Below the pieces are notes generated by a model. That model saw only the letters and a list, made by a program, of their open reading frames with translations, was not told the DNA's origin and did not search any database. A stretch of 64,000 nt of DNA, from the NCBI GenBank assembly GCA_035530295.1, contig DATKVB010000011.1, positions 65,169 to 129,168 on the forward strand, written 5' to 3'. Below are positions 17,486-26,845 of the stretch, one piece after another. This DNA is from a bacterium (GTDB lineage: Bacteria; Spirochaetota; Spirochaetia; Treponematales; UBA12059). Made by a program: the position numbers and the translations under genes. The stretch's first letter is position 1. Every line of letters starts with the position of its first letter.

Positions 17486-18505
17486 ATGAGTGACGCACAG
17501 AGTGACGCACAGAGTGGAGCACAGAGTGGAGCACGGATACCTGGCAAGAGCGCGACCGACAAGAACGGCGTAACAGCGACGGCTATAAAGAAAGAAATAC
17601 GCAAGGGGCCGAAGCTGGCCGGCACGGTCATCCTGGTGGTCGTGGCACTCGGCGCTGTAATAGGCGGCTCACTGTGGGCGGTCAACACGATTGGCTATGT
17701 GGGCACTGATGACGCGGCGATAGACGGCAAGCAGGTCAAGCTGAGTTCGCGCATGCTGGGCCGCATCAGCGCCATTCTGGCCACGGAAGGTCAGCAGGTC
17801 AAACAGGGCGATGTCCTCGTTACGCTGGACGCCACCGACCTGCATGCGCAGGAGGCGCAGGCGCAGGCGTCGCTCGCGTTTGCCAGGCAGAATCTTGTGC
17901 TTTCAAAGATCAGCCTGGATAAAACCCGCGATGACTCGGTCCGAATCCAGGGTCTGTACAAGAACGGCGCTACAACCCGGGAAAATTATGACCACTCGAT
18001 AAGCGCGCTCGACGCGGCCCAGGCACAATACACACTGGCGCAGACACAGGTGGATACGGCCATCGCGCAGATAGGCGTCATAAAGGCGCAACTGCTCAAT
18101 ACATCGCTTGCTACACCGATCTCGGGCACGGTTGACAAGATTTCCATGGTAAGCGGCGACGTCGTCCAGCCTGGGCAGGCAATTCTGTCGGTCAACAACC
18201 TCGACGACATCTGGGTCACGGCGAATCTCGAGGAGACCAAGATCAACAGGATAGCGATCGGTTCGGCGGTGACCATGACCGTTGACGCGTTCGGCGGCCG
18301 GGTGTTTCATGGCACTGTCGAGCTGATACGCGCGGGCATCGTTGCCCCGGCATTCCAGATAGGCGATTTTACCAAGACGACCCAGCGGGTTCCCATCAAG
18401 ATTCGCTTTACCGACCCCATCACCGGGATCACACTGTTGCCAGGCATGTCGGTTGTCGTAAAGATCCGCACAACCGCCAGCCTGCCAGCCTTTGCGGGAA
18501 AATAG
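17486..18505 (+). CDS. HlyD/EmrA-family membrane fusion protein
   Basis: Single N-terminal TM, 'GTDDAAIDGKQVKLSSRMLGRI...GDVLVTLD' lipoyl-like hairpin, long coiled coil and a beta-barrel C-terminus. Confidence 0.85.
   Translation: MSDAQSDAQSGAQSGARIPGKSATDKNGVTATAIKKEIRKGPKLAGTVILVVVALGAVIGGSLWAVNTIGYVGTDDAAIDGKQVKLSSRMLGRISAILATEGQQVKQGDVLVTLDATDLHAQEAQAQASLAFARQNLVLSKISLDKTRDDSVRIQGLYKNGATTRENYDHSISALDAAQAQYTLAQTQVDTAIAQIGVIKAQLLNTSLATPISGTVDKISMVSGDVVQPGQAILSVNNLDDIWVTANLEETKINRIAIGSAVTMTVDAFGGRVFHGTVELIRAGIVAPAFQIGDFTKTTQRVPIKIRFTDPITGITLLPGMSVVVKIRTTASLPAFAGK
17489..17536 (+). repeat. in-frame 12-bp tandem repeat x4 at the 5' end of the HlyD-family gene
   Basis: AGTGACGCACAG x2 then AGTGGAGCACAG / AGTGGAGCACGG, encoding SDAQ-SDAQ-SGAQ-SGAR. 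Confidence 0.9.
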
Positions 18506-18508
18506 GGC

Positions 18509-18836
18509 TAGGAGCCTGTCGGACTTATGAACGCACGTAAGAATTTTTAGGCAAAAACAAGAGAATGAAGATCACTGGAGTGCTTTTTGACCGGACTCGG
18601 CGCTCTGCGGCGCAAAATCGGCTCGTCAATCGGGCCATACACGGAGTATGGCCCTCAATCGAGGCTCTTTCAAAAGAAACGCTGATTTCGCAGCATATAT
18701 TGCTATTCGCAAAATATGCGAGAAACAGCAAAGCCAATTTCAAGAGTAACAGACTCTTGAAATTGGCTCTCCTCACCAATTTTTCACTCGCAGATCACCT
18801 TCGTCCGATCAAAATCCTAAGTCCGACAGGCTCCTA
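18509..18836. mobile_element. MITE-like non-autonomous element with 19-bp perfect terminal inverted repeats
   Basis: TAGGAGCCTGTCGGACTTA (18509-18527) is the exact reverse complement of TAAGTCCGACAGGCTCCTA (18818-18836). The AT-richer interior holds several hairpins. It fills the whole gap between convergent genes. The outermost TA on each side could be a TA target duplication. Confidence 0.6.
18732..18768. repeat. palindromic hairpin module, copy 1 (16-bp stem, AACAG loop)
   Basis: AGCCAATTTCAAGAGT-AACAG-ACTCTTGAAATTGGCT. A related copy lies at 60190-60224. Confidence 0.85.
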
Positions 18837-19943
18837 CCGAGTCTCGTCGCCGAAACAGGAGCCAACGAGGCGCGCGGTATCCAGCATGTAGTGTTCGAGT
18901 GGAATGGTCTTGGTCTTGTCGGCTACCTCCGACAGGGGAACCGACGTAATCGAGGCATCCTTCATCGATACCATCCTGCCAAATCTTCCGCGCGCCAGCA
19001 ATTCAGCGGCCGCGGTGCCAAAGCCGGTCGCCAACACGCGATCATAGGGGCTCGGCGTACCGCCGCGTTGCAGGTATCCCAGCACCGTAACACGGGTCTC
19101 CATGCCGGTCGCTTCCTGGATCTCGGCCGCGACCCGGTATCCTATGCTGGGGTACGGCATCTTTTCGCGCAGCCGCTTGCGCTCCCGTTTCGGCAGCGCC
19201 GCCTCATCCTTGGACAAGGCGCCTTCGGCCACGACAATTATGGAGAATTGTTTCCCCTCGGACCGGCGTTTTTCTATGTCACGCGCGACCGCCGCGGCGT
19301 CGTACGGTATTTCCGGTATCAGGATGACATCTCCGCCGCCCGCGATGCCCGCGTACAGGGCAAGCCAGCCAGCCTTGTGGCCCATCAGCTCGATGACCAT
19401 GACCCGGTTGTGCGAGTGCGCCGTGGAGTGCAGCCTGTCTATGGCCTCGGTCGCTATGTCGACGGCGGAATGAAAACCAAAAGTAACATCGGTACCCCAA
19501 ATATCGTTGTCTATGGTCTTGGGCAAGCCGATCACGTTGAGGCCTTCCTTGGCCAGCAAATAGGCAGTCGTGTTGGTACCGTTGCCGCCCAGCACGACCA
19601 GCGCGTCGAGCCTGAGATTGACAAAGTTTTCCTTGATCGCCTCCGGTTTGTCCTGGCCTATCTCGGCATCGGAGGCATTTTCGTCATCACGGCCCTTGAA
19701 CGGCTTCTCCCGCGACGAGCCAAGAATAGTGCCGCCGCGCGTCAGAATCCCCGAAAAATCGTCGGGCGACAATTCACGCGCGTCGCCCTCTATCAAACCC
19801 CGATACCCGTTTGAAATACCGACTATCTCCATCCCGAATATGCCCGAGGCTGCCTTGGCTACGCCCCGTATCGCCGCATTCAGCCCTGGACAATCGCCTC
19901 CGCTGGTCAGAATTCCAAAGCGTTTGACAGCGCTCCTGGTCAT
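18834..19943 (-). CDS. pfk: 6-phosphofructokinase (group-III type; ATP versus PPi donor not decidable by eye)
   Basis: 'GILTSGGDCPGLNAAIRGV', 'GGNGT', 'GLPKTIDNDI' and 'MGHKAGWLAL'. Start placed at Met38 to avoid overlap with the upstream gene; the ORF is open to 20054. Confidence 0.85.
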   Translation of the reverse strand: MTRSAVKRFGILTSGGDCPGLNAAIRGVAKAASGIFGMEIVGISNGYRGLIEGDARELSPDDFSGILTRGGTILGSSREKPFKGRDDENASDAEIGQDKPEAIKENFVNLRLDALVVLGGNGTNTTAYLLAKEGLNVIGLPKTIDNDIWGTDVTFGFHSAVDIATEAIDRLHSTAHSHNRVMVIELMGHKAGWLALYAGIAGGGDVILIPEIPYDAAAVARDIEKRRSEGKQFSIIVVAEGALSKDEAALPKRERKRLREKMPYPSIGYRVAAEIQEATGMETRVTVLGYLQRGGTPSPYDRVLATGFGTAAAELLARGRFGRMVSMKDASITSVPLSEVADKTKTIPLEHYMLDTARLVGSCFGDETR

Positions 19944-19974
19944 ACTCGCCTCCCGTTGGGATAGCTGCCGCGCA

Positions 19975-20595
19975 TCAGCCGCGTCCGAATATGCCGGAGC
20001 GGCCGCCGAATTTCTGCACCTGGGCGCGGCCGCGGGCGCGATCCGAGCCGTCATCGAGCACCTTCACAACCTGCCTTGCCAGCAGGTCAGGCTGACCTGA
20101 TCCATCCCGAATCGCCAGATATCGAGCCACGCCCTGGTCGGCAGCCAGCAGGCCCTCGGCCAAACCAAGCAAGGCTCCGGCGGCCATAGAACCAAGCGGG
20201 CCGCGATCCTCGTCCACCACGGTCAGCACGATGGTCCCGCCGCCCCGTTCCCCAAACCGCTTGGCCGCCTCCCTGATCAGCTCGGCGTAGCCGGCGGCCC
20301 ATGTCAGCACGGCGTGTTCTATGTCGCGGGGAGTAGCATCGACTATGGCGGGCGGGCCGGCGGGTGGATCGGCAAAGATGACCAGTTCGTCGAGCGAGCC
20401 GAGCGCCGTCTCCGCCTCGATCAAAGCCGCCCGCGCCGAGGCGAATGACAGTGGATTCCATGCCAGGCCGGTCCGTTGGTCCTCCGAGACGGCGATCGCC
20501 AGCTCCATCACCGATCTGCCTGAAACGCGAGCCTCGGCGACAAACGCGTCGACGCGAGGAGAACCGGCGGGAACCGCCAACGTTGTCTTTTTCAC
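19975..20595 (-). CDS. hypothetical protein, possibly a degenerate Rossmann/SDR-like fold
   Basis: The layout resembles an SDR ('MKKTTLAV...', 'LDELVIFAD', 'GGGTIVLTVV') but lacks the TGxxxGxG and YxxxK motifs. It sits directly upstream of pfk. Confidence 0.35.
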   Translation of the reverse strand: MKKTTLAVPAGSPRVDAFVAEARVSGRSVMELAIAVSEDQRTGLAWNPLSFASARAALIEAETALGSLDELVIFADPPAGPPAIVDATPRDIEHAVLTWAAGYAELIREAAKRFGERGGGTIVLTVVDEDRGPLGSMAAGALLGLAEGLLAADQGVARYLAIRDGSGQPDLLARQVVKVLDDGSDRARGRAQVQKFGGRSGIFGRG

Positions 20596-20666
20596 GACCG
20601 CAGTGTACTATGGCAGACGATCGGGTGCAAGTTCCGGACAAGGGCACCCGCCTGATCGGAGAATCA

Positions 20667-22325
20667 ATGAAGCTTGCGCTCTGCCAGATCGATGCCGTCG
20701 TCGGTGATTTTTCAGGCAACGTCGATAGAATCATACACGCGGTCAAGAGTGCCATGGCCACATCGCCCGACTTGGTAGTCCTGCCCGAGATGGTCCTGTG
20801 CGGCTATCCGCCGATGGATCTGCTTGACCAGCCCAGTTTCGCCGATCGTGAGGAGACGGCGTTCAGACTGCTGCAGCGTTCGCTGCCTGCCGGCATCGCT
20901 GTTGCGGTCGGCCACATCGGCCGGAACACCAGCGGGCTCGGCAGGCCGCTTACAAACGCGCTGTCGGTGTTGCTCGATGGTCGCGTCGTGTTCGAGCAAG
21001 CCAAGACACTCCTGCCCACCTACGATGTGTTTGACGAGGCCCGGTATTTCGAGCCTGCCCGCCAGCGGCGCATATGGGAATATCGCGGCATCCGGATTGG
21101 CTTCGCGATATGCGAGGACCTCTGGCGCGAGACGGCCCCCGTTCAAGGCATGCGGTACCCTGTAGATCCCCCGCACGAGCTGCTCGATGCCGGCGCCGAC
21201 CTTATAATTGTGCCATCGTCATCGCCCTATCAGATGGACAAGATAGGCTTGCGCGCGCGCCTGTGCTCCGAACTGGCGCGGTCGGGATCGATTCCGGTAG
21301 CATACTGCAACATGGCCGGCGCGGATGATTCGCTCATCTTTGACGGGCGGTCGTTCATGGTCGACAGTACGGGCGAGGTTGTCGCGCTTGGCGCCTTTGG
21401 CGTTGATATTCTCGCCGTCGATACCGAGGACAAGGCCAAGGACTCGCACGCAGACAGCCAGAAATTTCCCGACCGCTGGGACGAGGTCGAGCGCGCGCTG
21501 GTTGAAGGCATTCGTGGCTACATGAAGAAGTGCGGGTTCAGGAAGGCTCATCTGGGTTTGTCCGGCGGTATCGATTCGGCCCTGGTCGCTGTCCTTGCCG
21601 CCAAGGCTCTGGGAGCCGACAACCTGACATGCATAGCGATGCCATCCCGGTTCTCTTCGGCCGGTTCAGTCGATGACAGCGTCGATCTATGCCGCAACCT
21701 GGGTTGCCGATTGGAAACAGTACCGATAGAAGGCCCATTCTCCAGCTTCCTCTCGACCATGGAGCCCCACTTCGCCGGCATGCCATTCGGGTTGACGGAA
21801 GAGAATCTCCAGGCGCGCATCCGCGGCGACATCCTGATGGCTTGGTCAAACAAATTCGACTCGATGTTGCTGACCACCGGCAACAAGAGCGAGCTCGCAG
21901 TAGGCTACTGCACGCTGTATGGCGATATGTGCGGCGCCCTCGCGCCTATCGGAGACCTCCTTAAGACGGAGGTCTTCTTGCTGTGCGAGCGAATCTACGC
22001 CCGGGAAGGCATACTGCCGCGCTCAATCATCGACAAGCCGCCCTCCGCCGAGCTCCGGCCAAACCAGCTTGACCAGGACTCGTTGCCACCCTACGAGCTG
22101 CTCGACGCCGTGCTGGAGCTGTATATCGAACAGGACCTCGCGGCCGACGACATCATAGCGCGCGGCTACGACGACGCTCTGGTCAGGCGCATCGTTACGA
22201 TGACAGCGCGGGCAGAGTACAAACGTCGACAGGCTGCTCCGGTGCTCAAGGTCTCGCCGCGCGCATTTGGCATGGGTCGGCGCCTGCCCATAGCCAGAGC
22301 CGTCTACGAGGCATCCCCTCGATGA
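20667..22325 (+). CDS. nadE: glutamine-dependent NAD+ synthetase
   Basis: N-terminal CN-hydrolase domain ('MKLALCQID', 'FAICEDLW') and a C-terminal PP-loop 'GLSGGIDSALV'. ATG at 20667; the Arg-rich upstream extension is rejected. Confidence 0.9.
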   Translation: MKLALCQIDAVVGDFSGNVDRIIHAVKSAMATSPDLVVLPEMVLCGYPPMDLLDQPSFADREETAFRLLQRSLPAGIAVAVGHIGRNTSGLGRPLTNALSVLLDGRVVFEQAKTLLPTYDVFDEARYFEPARQRRIWEYRGIRIGFAICEDLWRETAPVQGMRYPVDPPHELLDAGADLIIVPSSSPYQMDKIGLRARLCSELARSGSIPVAYCNMAGADDSLIFDGRSFMVDSTGEVVALGAFGVDILAVDTEDKAKDSHADSQKFPDRWDEVERALVEGIRGYMKKCGFRKAHLGLSGGIDSALVAVLAAKALGADNLTCIAMPSRFSSAGSVDDSVDLCRNLGCRLETVPIEGPFSSFLSTMEPHFAGMPFGLTEENLQARIRGDILMAWSNKFDSMLLTTGNKSELAVGYCTLYGDMCGALAPIGDLLKTEVFLLCERIYAREGILPRSIIDKPPSAELRPNQLDQDSLPPYELLDAVLELYIEQDLAADDIIARGYDDALVRRIVTMTARAEYKRRQAAPVLKVSPRAFGMGRRLPIARAVYEASPR

Positions 22326-23530
22326 GCAAGCCGGCGACAGAACCGCGAGCAAACAAGGGCCATGCCCTTACCCTGACCGCCGCGTCGATCTGTTGCCTGT
22401 ACTGCCTGTCGTGCCTCTCCGATATCAGTAGTCACACCGCGCCTACGGCGCAGATATCCGCCCTGCCGTCCGTCATTGATCGCGCCTTTTCCGTGCTGGC
22501 ATGCGGAGACATACTTCTGGCCCGGACGCCGGGCAAGCGCGCGTCTGAACGGGGATATCGCTTCCTGTTTTCCGGCGTCAAGGATATGGTCTCCGCTGCC
22601 GACATCGCCTTTGCCAATCTGGAGTCACCCGCCTCGTATATCGGCACGCCCTATCCCGGCAAACCCGAAAACATAACCTTTCGGGCAGATCCCGCGACGC
22701 TCTTTGGCGTAGCCTGGGCCGGTTTCGACGTCCTGTCGATGGCCAACAACCACATGACCGACTTTGGCCCCAAGGCGCTTGCCGAGACTCTTGATTTCAT
22801 AGACCTCCTGGGCATGAGCCGTTGCGGTGCCGGCATTGACGCAGAAGACGCCCGCGCGCCTGCCGTCATCGAGCGCGAAGGCGTCCGTTTCGTTTTTCTG
22901 GCCTATGCCGAGCCAATCTGGAGCGTTGTGGCGGCGAAAAGCGCCATCGCGGCCCGGGCCTATGCCAGGGTGGAGGCCCGCCTTTCCAGGAGCCAGTCAC
23001 CGAAGGTTTCCACGGCGGCCGTTGATGCGTCACGGGCCGGCATAGCCCCCATCGACACCAGTTCCATCCTTGCCGATATACGCAGAGCCAAGGCGACTCT
23101 GGCGCCGGACTACCTGTTTGTATCGCTGCACTGGGGAGAGGAACTGGAGCATATGCCTTCCGGTTCACAGCGGACTCTGGGCAGGGCGATCATCGATGCC
23201 GGGGCGACCGCCGTGCTGGGTCATCATCCGCATGTGCTGCAGTCCGTGGAGCGTTACCGCGATGGGTTGATCATCTACTCTCTGGGCAACTTCGTCTTCG
23301 ATATGGCCTCAAGCGTCACCTATGATTCCGCGGCTGTCCGCATCATCGTGGCAGGCGGGCGGATAGACCATGCGGACATCCTGCCGCTCAGCATCGAACG
23401 CACCACCTACAGGCCGGTCCCGGCATCGGTGACCGAAGCCGCCAGGCGGTTGGCCGACATGCAGCGCTGGTCGGCCAGCACCAACACCACCATCCTGATC
23501 CAGGGAACCGCCGGACGGCTTTTTTTCTGA
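22322..23530 (+). CDS. CapA-family (PGA_cap metallophosphatase-like) protein
   Basis: 'FANLESP', 'MANNHMTDFG', 'SLHWGEE', 'GHHPHVLQ' and 'SLGNFVFD'. 4-nt overlap with nadE. Confidence 0.85.
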   Translation: MSKPATEPRANKGHALTLTAASICCLYCLSCLSDISSHTAPTAQISALPSVIDRAFSVLACGDILLARTPGKRASERGYRFLFSGVKDMVSAADIAFANLESPASYIGTPYPGKPENITFRADPATLFGVAWAGFDVLSMANNHMTDFGPKALAETLDFIDLLGMSRCGAGIDAEDARAPAVIEREGVRFVFLAYAEPIWSVVAAKSAIAARAYARVEARLSRSQSPKVSTAAVDASRAGIAPIDTSSILADIRRAKATLAPDYLFVSLHWGEELEHMPSGSQRTLGRAIIDAGATAVLGHHPHVLQSVERYRDGLIIYSLGNFVFDMASSVTYDSAAVRIIVAGGRIDHADILPLSIERTTYRPVPASVTEAARRLADMQRWSASTNTTILIQGTAGRLFF

Positions 23531-23576
23531 TATTTCTGGTTGGCATATCGATTTGGTGTTATACTTCATCGTGGAT

Positions 23577-25547
23577 ATGTTTGTAGCAAGCGCCAAGGCG
23601 CGACGTACCATAGTGTTGATACTGCTCACCGCACTGGTCGGCTCTTCCTGCGACATAGGCACAGCTTTGCTTTCTGAAAAAGAGCTTGGATCCATGTACA
23701 AGGTCATCCTCTCGCAGAATGATGCAACACTCAATGCCGGTTCGCGGGTCGATCCTGCGCAGCCAATAAACCTGTCCATAACCGCTTCCGATGGCGCGCC
23801 CGATGCAAGCGCAGTCGATGTCGTACTGTACGCTCCCGATGGAGCCGAAGCGGCGACGCTCAGCTTCACGCCTGCGGCCGGCGCGAAGGATGTCCTTGGT
23901 GAACTCCCGGCGATCGCCCTGCCCGCAGGCCTGCCAAACAATTACTACACGATGGAAATAACCATAAAGAACGCCGCGGGAGCAAACCTGGCCACCAGCA
24001 CCACCGCGCTGCTGGTGTACGACCAGGAACCAGTCACCCCAAAGCTTTTCGTGTACCCTGGAACGATCACAGCGGGCAGAGTCTCGCTGCTCAAGCTGCA
24101 GGAGCTTCCTGCCGGCATCGATCCATGGATACGCTGGTCGATCGATGGCATCATAAAGGCCGAAGGCCCAGCCTCGCAGAATACCGATCGCCTGGCCTGG
24201 CGTTCGTCTGAATCCGGCGGTGTCTATGTGGCCAGGGCCGAAGTATTTCCTTTCAAGCCGCCGCTTGGCCTGCAGGTGTCGGCTCCATTCCGGGTGGAGG
24301 TCAAGCTTCCCGTGCCGGCACCGGCACTGAGACAGTCAGCAACGGCACCCATGGCGGCATGGTCACACTTCGAGCTTGACGACAGCCTGGCCGACACTGG
24401 CGCACGTCTGCAGGCGCTCACACAGGCAGCAAAACCGCAGATCATGGGTCAGCCATACCTGGAAGCCTATTCGTCGGGCTTCGGGTATGTGCTCGGGGAT
24501 GGCTCGGGCATAACATCCACGACATCGCTTCTGCCAGCGGAGGCTCTGTCGGATGGCATAGGGGAATGCACCATCTCGTTCACAGTGGCTCCGGTATCGG
24601 GCAAATTTCCGCGAGGCTCGAGCCGGCTGTTCACATCAATGTCGGAGACGGGCTCAGAATCGCTTGTTGTTGACGTACTTGATGGATACGTGGGCGTCCG
24701 GTCGGGTGGCAACCGTGTCGCTTCAAAGACGCAGCTGCCATCACGCGCGGTTCGAATCGCCATCCATCTGGCTCCGGGCAGGCGGCGCTCCGAATCTGCG
24801 CTAATAACCATATATGTGGACAACGAGCAAATCGCGCAAGGCTCGCTGCCCACCGACCTCTTCGGAGCACGGGCCGCCGCGTCGACCATAGCCGGTTCGG
24901 ACGGCTTCAAAGCCATATACGATGACGTTTCGATTCTTCCTGGGCCGTATCCAGCGTTCTTCCTGGCAGAAGAAGCACGACTGGGCCAGGCTCTCGTCGC
25001 CGCCACTGCATTTGAGGGCGGTGTGGCCGGCCAGGGATTCGAGCTGAGTACCGGCACGGTGCTCTCCGATGGGCAACTGGGCCTCGATTCCGGCGCCACA
25101 TGTTCGGTCGGCCAGGGGGGAATGCCAGCAGGCGGTTCCATACTGACGCTGGAAATCCGGTCTGGCCTGGTATCGGTGTGGCTGAACATGGCCGACGGTT
25201 CCATACTGACCATTGACTCTACTGGTGTCGCCCGAGTCGGCCAGCGTTTGCTCGCGGCCGCTATTCCGGGAATCACTCTTTCGCGGATGGTCGTGGCACT
25301 CGAAGAGACCGACAATGGTGTTACCCTCTATGGCATCGATGGTGAAATCGCCCGCGTGCCAGCCAAGCCCGCCGCCGATGCCCGATGGATCATCGCCGCG
25401 ACGGGTGGCCGCAACGCCGTGATTTCCCGGATTACCGCTTCAACCTTCCAGCCATCATTGTTATCAGCCGATCGCAAGCCCGATGCATCGAGCGTCACCT
25501 TGCTCGAACCTTCGGGCGAACTCGCCATGGCCTACGCGGGCAGATGA
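23577..25547 (+). CDS. lipoprotein with LamG/concanavalin-like domain (hypothetical)
   Basis: Lipobox 'LVGSSC'. The central region 'ISFTVAPVSGKF...ITIYVDNEQIAQG...FKAIYDDVSIL' follows the LamG_3 pattern. Confidence 0.55.
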   Translation: MFVASAKARRTIVLILLTALVGSSCDIGTALLSEKELGSMYKVILSQNDATLNAGSRVDPAQPINLSITASDGAPDASAVDVVLYAPDGAEAATLSFTPAAGAKDVLGELPAIALPAGLPNNYYTMEITIKNAAGANLATSTTALLVYDQEPVTPKLFVYPGTITAGRVSLLKLQELPAGIDPWIRWSIDGIIKAEGPASQNTDRLAWRSSESGGVYVARAEVFPFKPPLGLQVSAPFRVEVKLPVPAPALRQSATAPMAAWSHFELDDSLADTGARLQALTQAAKPQIMGQPYLEAYSSGFGYVLGDGSGITSTTSLLPAEALSDGIGECTISFTVAPVSGKFPRGSSRLFTSMSETGSESLVVDVLDGYVGVRSGGNRVASKTQLPSRAVRIAIHLAPGRRRSESALITIYVDNEQIAQGSLPTDLFGARAAASTIAGSDGFKAIYDDVSILPGPYPAFFLAEEARLGQALVAATAFEGGVAGQGFELSTGTVLSDGQLGLDSGATCSVGQGGMPAGGSILTLEIRSGLVSVWLNMADGSILTIDSTGVARVGQRLLAAAIPGITLSRMVVALEETDNGVTLYGIDGEIARVPAKPAADARWIIAATGGRNAVISRITASTFQPSLLSADRKPDASSVTLLEPSGELAMAYAGR

Positions 25548-25671
25548 TCCGTTGAGCCTCCATTCCCACTTGATTTCTTAGGGGTGCATGAATAAAACTT
25601 CGGTAGGGGCGGTTTGTTTTATCGCCACCAGAGCGCTATAGTATGATTCCGTGACCATTGGAAGGAACGCC

Positions 25672-26739
25672 ATGAACCTAAAATCACTGTTGACCATAGC
25701 GGCCTGCGCCGCGATCCTGGCATCGTGCGTCAGCTCACCCAAGCCGGCGGCACCGAGTCCTGCGCCAAGTGCGGTGCCGCAGACCCAGCCAGCGACCTCC
25801 GATTCCAGCCAGGCCATGAAAGACAGGGCCACTGCATTGGTCCAGGGAGGATCTTCAGGGCCGACTTCCGCCCCAGCCAGCGGCACCGCGGCGCCGCCGG
25901 CCAGCGCCAGTGCGGACACCACTGACGTGCCACCGCCGCCTCCTGGTGTTCTGACACCGGAAGAGGAGGCCTACCTCAATAATTACTTGGCAAGGCTTCA
26001 ATACATGGTCTATTTCGACGAGAAGGCCGGTATTGATCCGCAGTCTGCCAAGACCGCCGTCAATCAGGCCAACCGCTACCTGCTGGAGAAGCTCGGGCTT
26101 TCGGTCGTGGACTTTGACCAGATAGAGAAGAACAAGAAGGATCAACAGGCAGCCTACCAGTCCGAAACCGGCGGCTCCATAGACCTGATTCAGTATCTTG
26201 CCCAGAAGTACAACGCTGATGTTTACGTCGAAATATCATTCAGCTCCACATCCTCGGCCTCCGGTGGCAAGTTCTATGCAACGGCACAGGGGTCAATGAA
26301 GATTTACGATACTTCGACCGCCCAGCTGCTGGGTTCGGTAGCGTTCCAGAGTCCGCAGGTCATGAGTACGACATCATCGGAGTCGGCGGTAGGCAACGCG
26401 GTCGCGGCATCGGTGTGGTCAGCTATGCCCAAGATGACAGACCAGACAAAGATGCTGGTCAAGAATTCCCTGGCGCGCGGCATACGCTACGAGGTGGTCA
26501 TCCAGAACACGCCCGATTCCCGACAGATGAGTACACTGCGCAGGGCCCTGGCCAAGGTGGTCCGCGAAGTGGAGCAGGTCTCGTATGCGCCTGGAGAAAC
26601 GAAATTGGCGCTGTATACTTTCAAGTCTAGAGACAAGGTGGAGGATGCACTTTACGACGCGGCCGACCGCGCCGGCCTGAAGGATCTGTATCTGGTTTAC
26701 AGCCGGGGCAAGGCCTTTACCTTCAATAGCGGTTTATAG
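25672..26739 (+). CDS. hypothetical lipoprotein with a Pro/Ala/Ser-rich linker
   Basis: Lipobox 'ILASC', an ~90-aa low-complexity linker, then a globular domain. ATG at 25672 lies behind GGAAGGA. Confidence 0.55.
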   Translation: MNLKSLLTIAACAAILASCVSSPKPAAPSPAPSAVPQTQPATSDSSQAMKDRATALVQGGSSGPTSAPASGTAAPPASASADTTDVPPPPPGVLTPEEEAYLNNYLARLQYMVYFDEKAGIDPQSAKTAVNQANRYLLEKLGLSVVDFDQIEKNKKDQQAAYQSETGGSIDLIQYLAQKYNADVYVEISFSSTSSASGGKFYATAQGSMKIYDTSTAQLLGSVAFQSPQVMSTTSSESAVGNAVAASVWSAMPKMTDQTKMLVKNSLARGIRYEVVIQNTPDSRQMSTLRRALAKVVREVEQVSYAPGETKLALYTFKSRDKVEDALYDAADRAGLKDLYLVYSRGKAFTFNSGL

Positions 26740-26845
26740 TCTGGGTCAAATGGGAATACTTCCCTTGACATAGGATTCCGGAACGGGATCGCCTGATGTC
26801 CAGGTGGCCGTTCCACATCATCGAAAGACCTTTAAGGAGGTTATC

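Noticed and set aside
18525-18891. Small ORFs inside the MITE-like element (84 aa minus, 108 aa plus)
   Set aside because: They have no RBS, run through palindromic hairpins and the TIR, and have odd composition. They are most likely non-coding.
20087-20761. 224-aa minus-strand ORF and the 20445 upstream extension of nadE
   Set aside because: Both are Arg/Gly/Pro-rich frames overlapping the SDR-like gene and the divergent promoter region. nadE homology starts at MKLALCQ (20667).
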